Source: Planctomycetota bacterium (GTDB taxonomy: Bacteria > Planctomycetota > Brocadiia > Brocadiales > Brocadiaceae). From it: a DNA stretch of 17,121 nt. Numbering within the stretch: position 1 is the stretch's first letter; every line of letters starts with the position of its first letter. Below, one piece after another: positions 14,550-17,121 of this stretch. The notes under the pieces are model-generated. The model did not search any database and was not told where the DNA came from. It saw only the letters and a program-made list of their open reading frames with translations. Location of the stretch: the NCBI GenBank assembly GCA_016235875.1, contig JACRII010000057.1:1-17121 (forward strand), in the 5' to 3' direction. Both the position numbers and the translations under genes were made by a program.

Positions 14550-15983
14550 TTGCCTGAGAGAAGCGCTGCCTTCGATCTGGTAATCATTGGTGGCGGGCCT
14601 GGCGGTTACGTATCCGCTATAAAGGCTGCTCAGCTTGGAATAAAGACTGCACTCGTCGAAAAGAATAAAGTTGGTGGTACGTGTTTGCATCAGGGTTGCA
14701 TCCCGACAAAGGTACTTTTATATTCTGCGGACATTTACCGTAAGTTACTTAAGGCACATGAATATGGAATTACTTTTGATAAAGTAGGGATTAATTATCC
14801 ACAGTTTCATCGACGCAAAGAGTCCGTCGTTAAACGATTATTCCAGGGAACGCAATTTCTCCTCAAAAAAAATGGCGTTGAGGTCTTTGAAGGCGAAGGG
14901 CAACTCACTTCTGCGCATAACGTATTAGTTAAAAAAAAGGGAACAGACATTGTTGAATTAGCAGCAAAAAATGTTATCTTGTCTACCGGTTCTGTTCCAC
15001 TCATTCCCTCTACAATTCCCTGCGATGGGAAATACGTACTCACCAGCGATGACATCTTATTACAGGAAGAAATTCCTAAATCTATTATTATAGCTGGTGC
15101 CGGTGCTGTAGGAATTGAGTTCGCGTATCTTTTTAATATCCTTGGTTCAAAAGTTACCATCGTAGAACTTCTGGATGACGTTCTTCCTGCTGAAGACAAA
15201 GAAATCCGCGCTACTTTAAGGAAATTACTTACGAAAAGAGGTGTAGACATTTTAACAAATACCTCGTTAGAAAAGGTCGAAGTTGATAATGGCGTCCGTG
15301 TAGAAATAAAAAGCAAGATTGATACCCCCCGCTCCCCTACCACAACCGAAAATAAGGAATATTTACAAGCAGATTATTTACTCCTTGCCTTGGGTAGAAC
15401 ACCAGCCTTGGCACATCTTGGACTAGAAAAACTGTCATTAAGTTTTAAAGGAAAATATTTGCAAACGAATGAAGTTATGGAAACCAGCCAAAAGGGACTC
15501 TATGCAATTGGAGACATTACCGGTACTCCCCTTCTAGCTCATAAGGCTTCAAATGAAGGTCTATGTGCCGTTTCTCACATTGCCGGCAAAGAAACTACCC
15601 CAATAAATTATCAAAACATCCCACGGGTGACATATTGCTCTCCACAGGTAGCAAGTGTAGGTCTTACACAGGATGAGGCTGAAAGCAAAGGATACAAAAT
15701 AAAAGTGGGAAAATTTCCACTCATTGCCAATAGTAAGGCCATTATTGACGGAGAATATGAGGATGGATTTGTAAAGATTATTGCAGATGAAAAATACGGT
15801 GAAATATTGGGAGCGCATGCCGTAGGACCAAATGTGGGAGAGTTGATGTGGGGTATCTCACTTACCACACTTTTAGAAGGTACGGCTTCTGAGCTATCGA
15901 GAAATATATACCCCCACCCTACTCTTTCTGAAGCAATTCTAGAGGCTGCCCATGCAGTTGTTGATAAAGCGATACATTTATGA
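14550..15983 (+). CDS. lpdA: Dihydrolipoamide dehydrogenase
   Basis: 477 aa. FDLVIIGGGPGGYVSAIKAAQLGIKTALVEKNKVGGTCLHQGCIPTKVLL (GGTCxxxGCxPTK redox disulfide), AIGDITGTPLLAHKASNEG, C-terminal HPHPT-like IYPHPTLSEAILEAA. TTG start with SD aaggaggg inside the upstream ORF end. Confidence 0.95.
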   Translation: MPERSAAFDLVIIGGGPGGYVSAIKAAQLGIKTALVEKNKVGGTCLHQGCIPTKVLLYSADIYRKLLKAHEYGITFDKVGINYPQFHRRKESVVKRLFQGTQFLLKKNGVEVFEGEGQLTSAHNVLVKKKGTDIVELAAKNVILSTGSVPLIPSTIPCDGKYVLTSDDILLQEEIPKSIIIAGAGAVGIEFAYLFNILGSKVTIVELLDDVLPAEDKEIRATLRKLLTKRGVDILTNTSLEKVEVDNGVRVEIKSKIDTPRSPTTTENKEYLQADYLLLALGRTPALAHLGLEKLSLSFKGKYLQTNEVMETSQKGLYAIGDITGTPLLAHKASNEGLCAVSHIAGKETTPINYQNIPRVTYCSPQVASVGLTQDEAESKGYKIKVGKFPLIANSKAIIDGEYEDGFVKIIADEKYGEILGAHAVGPNVGELMWGISLTTLLEGTASELSRNIYPHPTLSEAILEAAHAVVDKAIHL

Positions 15984-16011
15984 TTATATGTCTGGAAATT
16001 TCTAAAGTTTT

Positions 16012-17121
16012 ATGAAAGCATCAGATTTACTTGTAAAATGTTTGGAAAACGAGGGTGTTCGCTATATCTTCGGAATCCCCGGCGAGGAAAACATAGACAT
16101 CCTCGACTCTTTGTTGGATTCAAAGATACAATTCATTCCGACACGCCATGAACAAGCCGCTGCTTTTATGGCGGATGTCTATGGCCGGTTGACGGGTAAG
16201 GCAGGTGTATGCTTATCCACGCTCGGACCCGGGGCTACCAATCTTGTAACGGGCGTTGCCGATGCCAATCTGGATCGAGTGCCCCTTGTTGCTATTACCG
16301 GCCAGGCTAGTCTCGACCGGATGCACAAGGAATCTCATCAATACATGGACACCGTTGCTTTATTCAAGCCAATTACAAAATGGAATACCCTTGTTCATAC
16401 AGCCGACATTATCCCTGAAGTTGTCAGGAAGGCATTTAAACTTGCCCAGATGGAAAAACCAGGCGCTACTCACATTGACTTTCCAGAGGACGTAGCAAAG
16501 GCAGACCTCATAGCTCTACCAATTCCCTTGAAAGCAGAGGCACATATCCCCTACCCCACCGAAGAGACATTAGGAATTGCCGCACAGTTAATTTCAGATG
16601 CAAAATACCCGGTTATTCTTGCGGGAAATGGCGTCATCAGATCTCAAGCTTCTGAATCTTTAACAAACTTTGCAGTAAAATTAAATATACCTGTAGCCAC
16701 CACGTTTATGGGCAAAGGAGCTATCTCAGATGATTGGCCACTCTCCTTGCTTTCAATTGGCCTGCGGGATGATGACCATATTTCTTGCGGTTTTGACCAG
16801 GCAGATTTAATTATCGCTATTGGATATGACCTTGTGGAATACCCCCCCTACAAATGGAATCCATATAAGTCAAAGAAGATACTTCACATCGACGTTACTC
16901 CCAGCGAGGTAGACGCCTATTATAATGTTGATATGGAAGTAATTGGTAAAATTTCTGAAACCCTTGACCATTTGTCTGGTATGGTCAGAATAAAAGAGAC
17001 AAAACATATTATCAGTATTTTGCGAAATTCAGTTACAGAAGAATGCAAAACTACACACGACGATACATCATTTCCCATGAAGCCTCAAAAAATATTGTGC
17101 GTTGTGCGCGAAGTATTAAAA
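16012..17121 (+). CDS. Acetolactate synthase-like TPP-dependent enzyme, large subunit (truncated by window edge)
   Basis: Continuous 370-codon frame to the end: MKASDLLVKCLENEGVRYIFGIPGEENIDILDSLLDSKIQFIPTRHEQAAAFMADVYGRLTGKAGVCLSTLGPGATNLVTGVADANLDRVPLVAITGQ...YMDTVALFKPITKWN. Confidence 0.92.
   Translation, partial: MKASDLLVKCLENEGVRYIFGIPGEENIDILDSLLDSKIQFIPTRHEQAAAFMADVYGRLTGKAGVCLSTLGPGATNLVTGVADANLDRVPLVAITGQASLDRMHKESHQYMDTVALFKPITKWNTLVHTADIIPEVVRKAFKLAQMEKPGATHIDFPEDVAKADLIALPIPLKAEAHIPYPTEETLGIAAQLISDAKYPVILAGNGVIRSQASESLTNFAVKLNIPVATTFMGKGAISDDWPLSLLSIGLRDDDHISCGFDQADLIIAIGYDLVEYPPYKWNPYKSKKILHIDVTPSEVDAYYNVDMEVIGKISETLDHLSGMVRIKETKHIISILRNSVTEECKTTHDDTSFPMKPQKILCVVREVLK

Noticed and set aside
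14807-15343. 178-aa minus-strand ORF opposite lpdA
   Set aside because: Despite its length, it lies inside an intact lpdA and has no motif.
15561-15868. Overlapping minus-strand ORFs (15561..15818 and 15611..15868) at the lpdA 3' part
   Set aside because: Shadow ORFs of the dimerisation domain coding region.
16256-16495. Plus-strand 79-aa ORF in another frame of the acetolactate-synthase-like gene
   Set aside because: The correct frame (16012 to 17121) is open throughout with diagnostic motifs; this is an out-of-frame artefact.
1-17121. CRISPR array, tRNA/rRNA, integrase or transposase genes
   Set aside because: No regularly spaced repeats, no cloverleaf-like sequence and no transposase/integrase motif noticed in any long ORF.

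Overview
This reads as a bacterial chromosomal window. The gene content is suggestive of an anammox-type planctomycete, but that is inference and no database search was possible. Left end, minus strand: N-terminus of glutamyl-tRNA reductase (hemA) and a CcsA/HemX-like cytochrome c assembly protein. Next, plus strand: a compact sulfur/redox gene row of a DUF1858-like protein, an NFU (NifU C-terminal) protein, a Cys-containing protein possibly related to ATC hydrolase, a ThiF/MoeB-type E1, a cysteine desulfurase, and an un-tracked 58-aa Cys-rich ORF. These are followed by queC and queE on the minus strand. A central accessory-looking zone (about 5.58-7.2 kb) carries three short intergenic repeat-like elements around a 203-aa hypothetical ORF. 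The most interesting part is 7.43-13.93 kb. A strong sigma70-like promoter precedes an acyl carrier protein gene (TTG start) and a strong hairpin. Then come a FabZ-like dehydratase, a catalytically complete FabF-like ketosynthase, a second FabF-like protein in which Cys-His-His are replaced by Val-Asn-Glu (a chain-length-factor-like partner), a CrtI/CrtISO-like FAD desaturase/isomerase and a B12-binding radical SAM protein, ending in a 17-bp perfect inverted repeat. This is a dedicated, non-housekeeping fatty-acid/polyene-type pathway that resembles the operons proposed for ladderane lipid biosynthesis. Downstream are a PNPOx-like flavoprotein, an un-tracked 42-aa single-TM ORF abutting a dihydrolipoamide dehydrogenase, and a truncated acetolactate-synthase-like TPP enzyme.
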